The notes beneath the pieces are model-generated. The model was given only the letters and a program-made list of their open reading frames with translations, had not been told where the DNA came from and did not search any database. A program made the position numbers and the translations under genes. A DNA stretch of 56,664 nt, the filler included, from Perkinsus olseni (Eukaryota): the NCBI GenBank assembly GCA_013115125.1. It is 2 parts of 2 records of this genome, joined end to end, with 100 filler letters (N's around TTAATTAATTAA, not from the genome) between each part and the next. Parts side by side here need not be neighbours in the genome. Positions count along the whole stretch, not along the records: positions 1 to 28,283 come from JABANN010000451.1; 1 more part is not named here. One strand, given 5' to 3'. Shown one piece after another: positions 1 through 11,968 of this stretch (position 1 is the first letter of the stretch; each line of letters opens with the position of its first letter).

Positions 1-134
1 TTCTGTGCATTGCTGTTGCCTCGTAGTCCAATAGCCACAGCTATCATCGGCAGGGCGGGACGAGTCGAGTTCGGCGAGTTTAGGGTGGGTCGTGTGCATC
101 GGAGCAGGATTTGCACTAGGCGCTTTAAAGCGTA

Positions 135-265
135 GAGGGGCTCGAGAGCACAGTGGAGGGACCCGAACAGCTGAAAAGAGGAACCCGAATAGCTGAGTAG
201 AGGGACCCGAAGAGTTAAGTAGGGGGACCAGAAGAGCTGAGTAGAGGGACTCGAAGAGGTCGGCT
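135..265. repeat. 22-bp tandem minisatellite, 5 copies plus one degenerate copy
   Basis: Units of consensus GAGGGACCCGAAGAGCTGAGTA start at 156, 178, 200, 222 and 244. A degenerate unit starts at 135. Confidence 0.85.
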
Positions 266-445
266 AAGGAGACATTCATAGCGTGGCTTAGAAATGCAAG
301 CAATGTACCCTGGACCAAGCATAGGCATAGGTAATGGAAGTGGTTGCAGTGGTAGACTATGAGCGAAGCTGCACCAAGAGCGAGCAGTAGTTACCGGGGT
401 GTTGTCACTCTTGTACAAGCTGTTGAAGGCTGGGGTGACAGGCTG

Positions 446-494
446 TCAAAGATGCATGACGGGCTGTCACTGACAGCCCGTCATGCATCTTTGA
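446..494. repeat. perfect 24-bp inverted repeat with 1-nt spacer
   Basis: TCAAAGATGCATGACGGGCTGTCA (446-469), C, TGACAGCCCGTCATGCATCTTTGA (471-494). Confidence 0.95.
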
Positions 495-977
495 GGAGAC
501 AAGCGTAGGCGTGCGAGCGTCTAAGTCTTAAGCCTTAAGAAAACCTTAGGGTGCTGTGAAGCATAAGTTTTCTGAGAGTCTTGTGAAAGCGTGTTGTGTG
601 CGCTCCTGTTGCAGGTCTTCTCCTACTGATTCAGTAGTACTGAAGGGTCGACATCAGCAAGCCGGCCTTTCGGCTACTAACCTAAGCCTTCCAAGTAGCA
701 CACCGATCGTGCACTAGCAGCACATATGAGTCGAATGACGTTGGGTCTACAGTGCAATCGGCCCAATGCCTTCGTCTCAACTGAGAGTGGTCCAGTCTGA
801 TATACTCAGCCTACGGAACAACTTCGGAAGACCTCCTCTCAGCGCAGTGGCTGGTGACGTTCGAAGGGACAGGCGCGCGAGACTTGAGTTCCCGGCAGGA
901 ACCCCAAGAGCGCGGCCAACCTCAGCTCCGAGGGTATCAGCAAGTCTCTCTAGAATTGCCGAACCCCTTCCCCCCCA

Positions 978-2517
978 ATGCTCCCTGTCGTAGTGGTGCT
1001 GCTGTCCTTCATCCCTCTCTATCAGTCCTTGGATCATGATATCGTGAACCTGGCTTTCGTCGGCTTCCAACAGAAGTAAGGCATTTCCTCAGATGTTCTC
1101 ACGAGACGATGCCCCACCAAAGGGGTGTTTATATGACCTCCTCTCTGTCAGGCACGGCAAACGTTATGAGAATGAAGCCGAGGAGAAGAAGAGAGCCGGC
1201 ATTTTCAAAGCCAATTTGGATTACATCAAAAAGGTCAACTCTCAGAGTGAGTTGACTCGTATCTACAGTGACCTCGATTCTGGCCCTTCAGATCTCCCCT
1301 ACAAACTCGGCGTCAATAAACACTCTGACCTCACTTTCGAGGAGTTCGCTGCCAGAATGCTGCATCCGATCGTCGTGGACCGGAGCGCGCAGGCTGGTCT
1401 GGTGACCAAAGGTGTGAAGGAGGCCTCTGCTGTCCCTGACGTCTCTCCCCTCACCAGATGATGATGATCTTGTCGACCTGCCAGCTTCCATTGATTGGAG
1501 GACCAAGAAAGTGCTCAACCCGGTCAAGGATCAGGAACATTGTGGTTCCTGCTGGGCGTTTTCCGCCAATGGTACCCCACGGGCCTCCCTGCGAGCCCCC
1601 AGCCTCCCGACCTTCTCAGGTGCACTCGAGCCGAGGTATGCTATCGCCACTGGCACGCTGTTGTCCCTATCTGAGCAGCAGCTAGTCGACTGCAGCTCGA
1701 AAGATGGGTGAGCCTCCTGTGCCAGCCAGACATCTATTATTTGATGCCATTCCTCCAGAGGATGCAAAGGGGGCCTCATGTCCGACGCCTTCGAGTACGT
1801 CCAAGAGCATGGCATTGACGAAGAGTCGACTTATCCATACAAAGGAAGCGATGGGACTTGCAAGACTAAACTCACAGCACATCCAGACGGCCTTCCAGTA
1901 ACGATCGCGTCTTCATCTACTCCATCATCTACGGCATGACTTGAACTCTGATCAGGCGGGCGAGGTCATCGGTTACAGGAATCTCTCACAGACAGACGCT
2001 GCGTTGAAGAAGGCTCTCGTGAACGGCCCCGTTTCGATCGCGGTGAACGTTGACGAGAAGTTCCATAAATACCGGTCTGGACTGTTCGACGCCAGTGAGG
2101 TGCCTGTTCGACCCGACGCGGCCTTATCTCTGTTTTAGGCTCCTGCAGTGTTGGTGAGAACTTGAACCACGGCGTGGTAGCAGTTGGTTACGGAACAACC
2201 CCGGAAGGACATGAGTACGGCAGCCGTACTACGGCTTTCAGTGAAACGGCTTTCGCGGGCCTTTCACCATTTGCAGTCTGCTTTTTCAATTTGCTTCTCA
2301 CACTTCACGAGGCCATTTACAGCCATTTGCAGTTACTATATTATCAGAAACTCCTGGGGTGATTCCTGGGGTGAAGATGGTTACATCTATATGAAGCGCG
2401 GAGACAATTCTCTTGGTATTCTCTGGCGATGGATTAGGATGCTCATTTCGCTACTCCATCTCAGGCCGATGCAACATGCTGGAGATGATGAGCGTGCCAA
2501 AGTTGCGGTCTGATTAA
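978..2517 (+). CDS. papain-family (C1A) cathepsin L-like cysteine protease precursor, multi-exon
   Basis: Signal peptide [18 protein letters not shown]29 propeptide with ERFNIN-like [20 protein letters not shown] and GNFD-like GVNKHSDL. Catalytic [25 protein letters not shown] and RNSWG motifs lie in successive exons separated by GT-AG introns. Stop TAA at 2515-2517. Confidence 0.95.
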
Positions 2518-2899
2518 CGATGAAAGCGCCATCAGATTTGTCACCCAGTTTTTCTTCATGGTGGATCGACAAGACTTGGGCCGCGACGATAGTATCTTCC
2601 TGAAGAGTGAGCCACTCATTCCGAAGGATCCCTGTCATGGAAGATGTCATCATGACTTTGTCATGCAAATAGTCTACTTTATTGTTATTGACCACATGTC
2701 TTAGTGGCCATTGAGGCATCGAACACTACCATTGGCTATCCGCTGCCCAGTCATTGTAGCAACACCTGGAGTGGTGCCACTGTGCATCAGGATGTTTGCC
2801 ATGGTTAACCTTTATTGTTCATGCTACCAACCCTTCTCAAAGAAGTCTCTGTTATGATATACTCAGTTCTGTTTTCTGGTAATACTGGTCTTTAGTTCT

Positions 2900-5670
2900 T
2901 TAAGTGGCGAGAATGCGGCACCTGCTCGCTGATTTTGTGTGGCTTTCACCGCAAAGAACAATAGGAACTGCTGCTTCTCTATCCTTATCGGTGCCTGCCT
3001 TAACACTAACTAGTCCATGGTCGCGTGGTGCAAACTGGTGGTCGGACAGTTCAACTCGGACTCCGGGTGCTTTGAATGTTAGAGGGCGGGCTACGCTCGT
3101 CACGCGACTCAAGTCTACATCATCACCTCGATCAGTCGTACGGCCGATCATCTTAAAATCTCACCCACAGTCGCAGTGGAAACCCTCGGCTTTGAAGTAG
3201 AAATCGCACGAGACATAGGAAAGAAGGCACCGGACTGCTTCAACGGACTGATCAGCTTTGCCTTCGATCTATTGCTACCTTTGCCAGAAGGTGGGTGAAC
3301 ACGCTTCGATCGGCAATCTCGGGCAAACTCTCAATTCAGCTCTTTGGCAGGTAGTATTGAAGCATAATGCTTTATTAGCAATCTTAGAATGAGTCGGTAG
3401 GATGCCGACTCTCATGGTATGAGGCGTAATCAGTACAACTGTAAGATTTGAAAAGATACACGTCTGCGAAGTGTATCATACAGTATGATTCATACTATGC
3501 TAGACTGCTCTACGTTCCATTAGAACGGTAGTCTTTCATCCATTCAGTAAAGTACACCAAATACCACCTTGGACATCAAAATAACCGAAACTAGCCAAGT
3601 CACTTGGCAACTGTTGATCAGTTCAACTGATTCAGTTGACTACGTCAACCGACTCGAAAGGGTCGAGCCGACACTTCTCACAGAGCTATTCCAAGTATTA
3701 TACGCACAAGTGCTGGAGTGGGAGTAGAATTCCCACAGGGGGTTGAGCGACACGAAACCCCGATAAAGTAAGAATAACTACCTCACAGTGAGTTACTCAC
3801 TACTAGTTCTGACTCAGAACTTCGGAGCTCGGTGACACCGAGTCGGTAGGACTGGAAGCAATCATACGAAGGCGGATCCTAAGCAAGACTCTCTAGCAAA
3901 AGAGCTCTGCTACGAGCATTGTGCGGGACTATCGAGTAGCCCAAGCCAATTGACGAACTAGTTTGAAAAACCCAAAATGTTTGCGTAAGGTTTAACTACG
4001 GGAGCGAGAGAAACAAAAAAGACGAACAGTGCCTTGAGGCTCAAGGCTTGAGGAAAGCGCCTCCGTGGAGGCCCCAGGAAGGCAGTCGACTTTTTTCGGC
4101 CTTATTAGTAGTGTTCTTAGCTTCTCGCCTCTTCTCCAACTCACAGAGCCTCTCTTCTAGTACGCTGCGTTGGTCAACAGTTCGGACCGTGTTGGCTCAA
4201 CAGGGTCGTCCTTCATAACACTTCTCGACCATCTGCTTCATCTTCCACAGCGTACCACTCGTCCCCAGAAGAGTCTTCATCATCCTCTGGGATATACTTG
4301 GAACATTGAGACAACAGATATCGTTGAACTACTCGTAAGATGATCCCCCAATCAAAGCTTGGTTCCAGGCTGGAACTTCAAGTTATGGAAGTTCAACTTC
4401 CAGCTATCGATCAACCAATGCGATACAAGTATCGTTCGAATATCTGCTTCGGCTTCCTTCGAGTGGAAGATGCTCCAATGCCTTGTCGCACAGTTCGCCG
4501 TGCGACTCGCACAAACAAACGTCTTCTTCATCGTGCGGGAGCGAAAAATCCCTTCACTTCCCGGATTCCACTCTCGTCGATCAGCTGTCAGAATCTGTGA
4601 CCTGCGCACCGGGACTCGGTTGCGGTATCGGAGGGAAATGCGAGTTCTACCAGAGCGAATGTACCGCTGTCACTGTCAATGGATCACTGGGACTCTCTAA
4701 CCGAGCTAATTGAATTCACGAAGATCTGCCTCACGAAATCTGATGTCCGATGCTCGCCTCAGTAACTGAGACCGGGAACTGAGAACGAGAACGAGAATCG
4801 CGAACGCGACCGCTAGAAAGGACCCAGCAAGGAAGGCAAACTTCTGGCACGGACCGAACGAGACGAGAGTCGACTTGGAGCTGGTTGCGTAGGTCCAAGA
4901 GTTGGTCGGACGCAGATCGATCATCTTGGAGTCGATATCGGACATGGACGCCAGGTACTCAGGAGAGTAAGCATTTACTATTTGACATAATAGATGAACA
5001 GTTCCGTGGTTATATACCATGTTATCACTAGAATCCGACATAAGCGATACTGATAGAAGCCTGACATTTATAAATAGGGTAGGAACAAATTCTACTAGCG
5101 CGGGGACAAAGTAGATTGCATGCCCACACAATCACACCCGTGTCAGCTGCGGCTCTTGAACTCGACTCTGGTGAGTTAGATGGCATAAGAAGCGGGTGCT
5201 ATACTCTACGTACAAGCTTATGATTACAGGAAAGGAGATTGAGCTCATAGCTCACTAGCGCTAGGGGACAGCCTCAAAGGAATATGACACAGCTTTGTGT
5301 CGTCAAGATTCCAATAGCTGACACCCGGGGTGTGACACCCCCTTCCGCGGCAAGTCTTCCACTATGAGATCCCTTACTGCACGAACGTCCTTTCCGAGAA
5401 TCCTCTCTGTCGTCATCGCTAACTGTCATGTGCATTGTTGAACTCAAACCTGTCTCCGGAGCAAGCCTTGTTCGACGAGGAATTCCCATTTGCCTTTACT
5501 TTGGACCCTCTGCGTCTACACCTCACATCGAGGCTATAAATCCGTTTGGAAGAACCTCAGCAGCCTCAAGGCCCTCAAGCACCATTTTTTGCTATCCGAC
5601 TCCCCCCCGAGGCTTCTCCACTGTGTGCGACTCAACACCAAGAGATGACTCGAAATGCAGTTATGTAATT
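2900..5670 (-). mobile_element. degenerate LTR-retrotransposon relic (Ty3/Gypsy-like LTR ends, broken gag-like frames)
   Basis: On the minus strand a polypurine run GGAAGGGGG (5346-5338) directly precedes TGTCACACCCCGGGTGTCAGCT, and the matching inverted end AGCTGACACGGGTGTGA ends at 5132. Downstream are stop- and frameshift-riddled frames with gag-like character (WLIDSWKLNFHNLKFQPG, acidic and coiled-coil stretches, a broken CxxC..H..C knuckle near 2960-2920). No RT or integrase motif was seen, and outer limits are approximate. Confidence 0.45.
5130..5337 (-). repeat. putative long terminal repeat (~208 bp)
   Basis: Starts TGTCACACCC right after a PPT-like run and ends in the imperfect inverted copy GGGTGTGA. 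The terminal CA is not preserved. Confidence 0.5.
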
Positions 5671-5676
5671 AAACCT

Positions 5677-8600
5677 TTACTCGCCGCTACCACCTTTGGC
5701 GAACTGCTGCTCGTACATCTGCAGGAGCTGAACGAAAGCAGTACCTACGTAGTGTTGCCAGAGAGGGGATGTCACCTGTTCGCTGGTAGTGGCATCTTCA
5801 GGCTTCTTATCGTCCCTTGTTCTAATGAATCTCGGGAAACGAAGACCCACACCCTTTCCTCCAGCGCCATCAATCAGGTTTGATGCTGAGAGGACCAGAA
5901 TGGTCACGTACTCAACTACGGTTTGATCCTCAACAAACAGGGTGAAAGAGAATTATTCTGTTAAATCCACTTTCTGACGCGAGTCATACGGTGTTTCAAT
6001 CGGCGGCGTCGAAGGTCCAGCGAGGGACCCAGTTCAACGACGAAGCGAGCATCTTCGAGCATCCATCGACCATGTGCGCTTAGCCGTGCGCCCAGAACTG
6101 GGGGGAAGAACCTCTTGTCGCCCACCACGCGACGGAGACCCCGTATGCGGCGTAAGCTTTCCGTCAGATTGACGATCTCTCAATGGAAGACCTATCAGTC
6201 ACCCTGTCTCGCTCCCCTACCTCCGGTATGGACGGGGCTGATGCTCAAGTCAGCGCACTGTATCTCCCAAACCTGTAGTAAACAGTAAATGCTACTGTCC
6301 CTGGCCCCCCTACTACCTGAGTCGCATCGAGCCACACGTCAGGCGTCATCTTATCAGTAACGACGTAATCGGCCCTCTTCCGAGGGATAACCTAACAAGG
6401 AGGGTAGGGCACTTTCCCAGCTCTTCCCAATTTACGTTATCTTTATGATGATCGTAATGCTTGTCCAAGAACTCATCCGTGAACCCAGTAGCGACTTTAC
6501 AGCAGCTCTGATATTCTCCTTCGTTCGGATCGTAAACGGCAAGTAGATAGGTACCATACACACCAGTACGCTGAAGGAAGGGACAAGACTTTATTATGAA
6601 CACTGGAAAGTGTGGTATCAATTGCCCAGAGGGACACTTTCATCATGGTATCAATACGCTACTCAGAGAGGAGGATATTTTTGCAACAGATTTATCATCG
6701 TAATGATGCAAGGATCGTCTCCATGACTCATGGACCATGAGTACTCCTCCTACCTTGCCCTTCCCGTAGAATGCTCCGATCGGGACGAGATCGAGAGAAT
6801 CGGCCATACCGCTGAGGTAGTCCTTCTTCAACTTGAGCCAGTTCAAGGACCTCTTCGAAGGCTCGTAGGTGGCATTCTCGAAAAGTGTCTTCAACATCAA
6901 TCCTGCCATGAACAATCCACTGGAAATTACTTATTCCCTCTCCAACCTTCACAGGAGGCTTCAACACTCTCGGTGAAGAAGGCCTGGATCTCCTCCTCAG
7001 AGTCCATGTCCCGGGCGGTAGCGAACTGAATTCTATCGGGAATCTCCTTCAGCCTTCTTCGTAGAACCTGACCGACACTCGATTTCTGACCCCCGCTAAA
7101 CGACCTCATCGGTATCATACCATCTTCAACTTTAGATTCCACTGCTCGGGTGCATTGCAACTTACGACGTGACGGGAAGCAGCTCAAAAAGTCCAACCAT
7201 ACGCTCTTCTAAATTTCCTATGATTTTTCAATTAATAATAAGCAGAGATACAAAAGATATGCACATGAGGTTCCCGACCGCGCCACATCATTACCAAGCT
7301 AGTGAATATCAATATGCGCACACTGCTACCAAGAGCGACAATTGCACGCGATGAATTAGATAATTTGCCCTCGACGAAACCCCGACATTTCAGTACCATC
7401 TCATACCCGAATACTCCCGAAAGCTCGGCCCCCACGGTTTGCAATCATCGCAGTTTCCACCCCAGCCTCACCTTCCGTCGGGTATCGAGGTTCTTTGTAA
7501 TCATCGACTCCCCGTCCAAGTATATCAGATCAAATGGAAAAAGACAAACTTGAACCTGAGAGGTAATATCTTGCGAACTTGCTATCACTTGCAGTTCCTT
7601 AACGTACCTTAATCTCCGACATAACAACATTCTTCCGTGGTCTTGACGATAGGAGTTGGAAGGGGAGAACTTTGTGTTTCTCTCTGTCGAAAGCCACAGC
7701 CTCGGAATCGATGATCATACTCTTGATTGGCTGCGAAAGAAGTGGTATGATCCTATTAATAATGGAATGCCGATTCTACGACTGGACTGTTCTTCACGTG
7801 TCAGCGCCTCTCCGTTGAAATGTAAGTCGAGCCTTTATGTATTCATGTTTCACGAAAAAGACGGTACGAGTATCATAAGTTATAGTAAACATTCCTCACG
7901 CTGGAATAGTGCTGATCCTCAGAAGAAAAGCAAATCCCCCGCACCAATCTTCGAGTCATTAAAATTATTTACTGAGGAGTTACTGTAGCTCGTAGGTCAT
8001 TAAGCCCGGCAGTTGACCTACATGCCAGCAAACGTCTCCGGCTGCTCCGAGATAATAAGTATTCTTCCCTTCCCTCATTTAAACGGCTCCAGAGAAATAA
8101 CAGCCGAAGCAAAGTCGTTTTTCGCACCAATTAACCGCGAGGAATTTCGAGCCTCCAACAACCAGAAGGTTTGAACGGCCGGCCAGAATCTTAATTTCTA
8201 TGACTTGCCAGGGTGAGCTCACCTTATCAATAACAGATATCATCTCCTCGATAGCATCAACAACATCGGGGTATCTAACGATCTGTGTCACCCCAGCTTC
8301 AACCTCCTCATCCTACTTCTCCGTCAGATCTTCACTATTCCTGCTATACACTCTTATTTCCCTTTTACCCGCCTCGGTCGTCCACAGATGAACCTGCGCC
8401 CTTTCACCATCATACCTGAAAACGCCCAGATCATGATCACAACACTCACGACCTCAATACACTCAAAAGATAGCATCAATAACGATTACTATTCAGCCGG
8501 CCGAGAGGACCGCGGGGGGGGTCGAGTTTAAAAAGATACCAATTCTACCGATACCAATAGGACGCCCTTCCCTCAGCTCACTTATATTCAGCCGTGAATT

Positions 8601-11600
8601 TGATATTCTTGAAACGGTCAAGCACCTAAGATTCTCCAAATCGATCGATCGATCGATTGGCGCCCCCTACCTCCGTTATCGATTTAGTGGGTTTTGCCAG
8701 CATTGGTTTTACTGGTATCCCGGGAGTAACACTGCATGCCTGAGATAATAACGTACATTATGTCACAATCTTCGACGAGGTGGAAAGAGTCAATCTTTGC
8801 AACCCTCCTGTGTCCAAACGAACGGTAGTAAAACTTATCCTCATCAAAGCTGGTCGGAGACAAGGATGCCACCACAGATGATGTACTTGGCAATTTAGGT
8901 CGGATAAGAAGATAATGTGAAGATCGAAGGATTTTAACCTCGCAAGTGAAGAGATATTTTTACATGAAAACAGGAGTGTAGCAAAACGCCGCATCGGACG
9001 ACGGTATCCTCCAGAAAGAACTTCGCTCCGCCTTTTTTGTTTTCTTCGTCCATCCGCCCCTCTACCCACCTTAGAGAGCTCCGCTGCATCTGCACCCGAC
9101 AGGAGGCAGTCAACAAGCTTATCATAACTTGGCACTTCACAGAACGCCTAAGACGTACAACGAAATCGATAATTTCGTGGCGCGTGACGCTGACGGGTGG
9201 TTGGGTTCACCTGTTTGGTCGCAGCCTCGAGCTCGATCATTTTTAATGCTATCTTATCAGCACTGGGCGCTGGCTTCTCTGACATGTACTGAATCTTGCA
9301 AGCATCAACCTTGGATACTTACCTTTGCGTATATCGGGAATGCATTCCTTCTCTTTACCCTTGGCCGGCTCGGTGAGAACGAATGCGTACGCCAAGGCTT
9401 GAAGAATAGTAGCTGATAGTATCCCAACTCGAAGACGGCCCTGAACGACCACAACGTATCTTACCAGTTTCGACCTAAGATACCCACCTGCAACGTCCTC
9501 ACAATGTACTTCGCCTCCTCCCCCTTGGCTGCCACCAAACACTTCGTTATGATATCTTTTCTCAATTTCTGTGAATCCTACCATCCCATACACAAAAAAT
9601 CTTCGCGGTGCGCGATGACGAAAGATACCTTTCCCCTGGCCTGGCTCATGACGAGTAGTTCCTTATATAATTTACTCAACGTCAGGGGAGGAGGGGCGAA
9701 CAGCATCGGCTGATTCACCCTCGATAGCAACGCAGCCTCGCCAAGGTCCTGATCATCATTTCGTGGCGCGCGAAAAAAAGAAAACAGCAACACCCTCGTG
9801 CGGGATCGAGACCCTGTCTGTAACGATGACTAAACTAGACCGCTACCATGCCTAGACCGCAAGCTTGAATTCTTCCAAAGCCATGCTTGAAATCTCCCCC
9901 TCTTCCTCAAGGTAACCAGCACGAGAAGTCTCGTACTATCGAGGAGTCACTCTTAAAAAGACAAAACTTCTCTAGGAGACTATTCGCTTTTTACTCACAG
10001 TTAGCGAGACAATGTCACAACTGGCTCAAACCAGTAATAACGAAACTACAGCGATACTACCGATACCAAAACCCCTTCCTGGGAGGTCGTAATAATCATC
10101 CTGCATGGACTCATTCCTAGGGCTCAATCCTTTCCCACTACCATAGCGCCCGATGTCGCCCGAACTCACCGCAGCATTGCCGTTACTGATATCAGCCGTG
10201 ATGTGTTTCTCTGATCGACCATACACCTGTGCCATCGCCTTTAGGATTACGTGATCACCAACGCCAACCTGAGTGATGATACTGGTATTATTATTCTGAC
10301 ACCTCTAGCTATTACTTCAACATTCTCATAATCCGGTCTGAGTTTATTAATGAGGAGGTAGACCGCGTGGATGAGTTCTGAAGGGTTGTGGTAGATGATG
10401 GTACGGAAAAGGTTAGCAAGAATAACCTGAAGAAGATCCCTTCGTAGTGGACAGAATAAAAATATCTTAGGTTGAAGCGCGCATCCTGCAGATTATCGAA
10501 GATTCAACAGGCCGTGCACACCCAGGCAGTCAGTCCCCATCTCAGAAATGAAATCGTGTACGACCTCTAAATTCACGAAGACGGCGGAGCGAAGCTTTTT
10601 CACACTTGAAAGAGATATCAAAAGGGGCTTTGCCTGCTAGGTGCAGCCGGCCGATGGAAAGACACCTCCGAGCCGATTGAATTTCGTGGCGCGCGACGCT
10701 CGCTCACCAGAACCTTCTTCTTCGACCCTTGCCCAGAGTTCTTCAAGTCCTCTATTTTCTGCAAGGCCAAAGCGAGTAGGGCGTAGGGGAGGTTCTTGCT
10801 TGGTGTGAGCTGAGAAAAAAAGCGCCCTCGCCGGGATTCGAACCTGCGACCTCTCAACTCACCTTAATCTGACTGAACTTGGAGGGATCGAAAGCCGGTG
10901 AGGTGATGTCACTGATTGCTGTTGGGCTCTTTGCTAAGAAAAAAATAGAGCCTCGCGAGATTTCATTTTTTCGGCAATAATAAACTTTTCTGTTTCTTCC
11001 TCACTTTTCGCTGGTATATCGCGGTTTCCAGGATACTTCGCGTTACCATGTCATTGCAAATCTTCTCAAGAATTACAAAAATATTCCTCAACTTCAAGTT
11101 ACTCTGGGGATTCAAGAGTTGAGCTCAAGTTCGAGTCGACATTAACGTTCTGGAGCGCCAGGCACGTTTGCCAGTGTTTGCCCCGATTCGTAACACCATC
11201 GTTAAGCGTCATCACTACAATCAGCATAGTCAGTGCAAGCGGGAAACTCTCTCAACATTCCTCACCTGCAGCCCCAGAAACCTTCCAGATCGACGAGGGG
11301 CCTGAGAAAGAGTATCAGAGTAAGCTAGCCTCCACAAGCTCACCTGTTCCCTTGGCGATTTGGGCTAACTTCTCTGCATCACTCTTGCCCGGCTGCTTCA
11401 AGGCTTCAGCGAGAGGGATTGCTCTGATGATTACAGAGAAGGATGGTTCGAACCCCCGGCGTGTTCGACAATCCGCGAAAAAAAATTTTCTCCAAAAATA
11501 CGATAACAATCCATAGACGATGAAGGGTTGGAAAATTAACGGAGTGAAGGGAAATAATTATGCATAATTGACACATTGACAGGGGAAATTTTTTTTCGGA

Positions 11601-11968
11601 TTCGGAAAATTGAGAAATCCATTCCACCCTCCTCCGTTACTCGTCATCATCATCCTCATAGTCGTCATCCACTTCCTCATTATCCGAATTTTTCTCTTCA
11701 ACAGGCTGAAATGAAATCGCTCCGGCCAAGCAGGAAAGTTAAACCTTACTTCATCGACTGGTGGCTGCTTATCATCCACTTGGTCATCTTGCATATCTTG
11801 CTTTTCCTCGACCTTCTCGATTTTCCTCTTCTTCTCCACAGGTTCCTCTTCTTTGCCCTTATTGGGCGAATTGGCCGCTCGCTTCGCTCCGCTCATCATC
11901 ATCGAAAATGCATTGACGGCCGAGGACATGTTCTCAGTCGACGAGGATGACGACGACGATGACGACAT
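5677..11968 (-). CDS. LIG1: DNA ligase I (ATP-dependent), multi-exon
   Basis: Basic/acidic N-terminal tail with NLS-like KKRK. Adenylation motif [12 protein letters not shown] is split by an intron. Also [52 protein letters not shown] and [13 protein letters not shown]. Confidence 0.96.
10815..10851 (-). promoter_or_regulatory. orphan Pol III B-box / tRNA-3'-end-like element within a LIG1 intron
   Basis: GGTCGCAGGTTCGAATCCCGGCGAGGGCGC followed by T7. It has an exact GGTTCGAATCC B-box but no A-box or 5' tRNA half. Confidence 0.6.

Noticed and set aside
572-612. Possible hammerhead ribozyme (CTGAGAG...GAAA-GCG..CGC-TC)
   Set aside because: Stem III and a UC site can be drawn, but the core is not CUGANGA and neither stem I nor stem II forms.
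4186-4201. Possible spliced-leader relic (ACCGT...TTGGCTCAA)
   Set aside because: It is only a gapped partial match, lacks the central AGCCAT and is not at a gene 5' end.
4706-5131. 141-aa ORF with hydrophobic stretch
   Set aside because: It has a non-ATG start and lies in the decayed retroelement-like region. The hydrophobicity is partly due to TTCTCG microrepeats.
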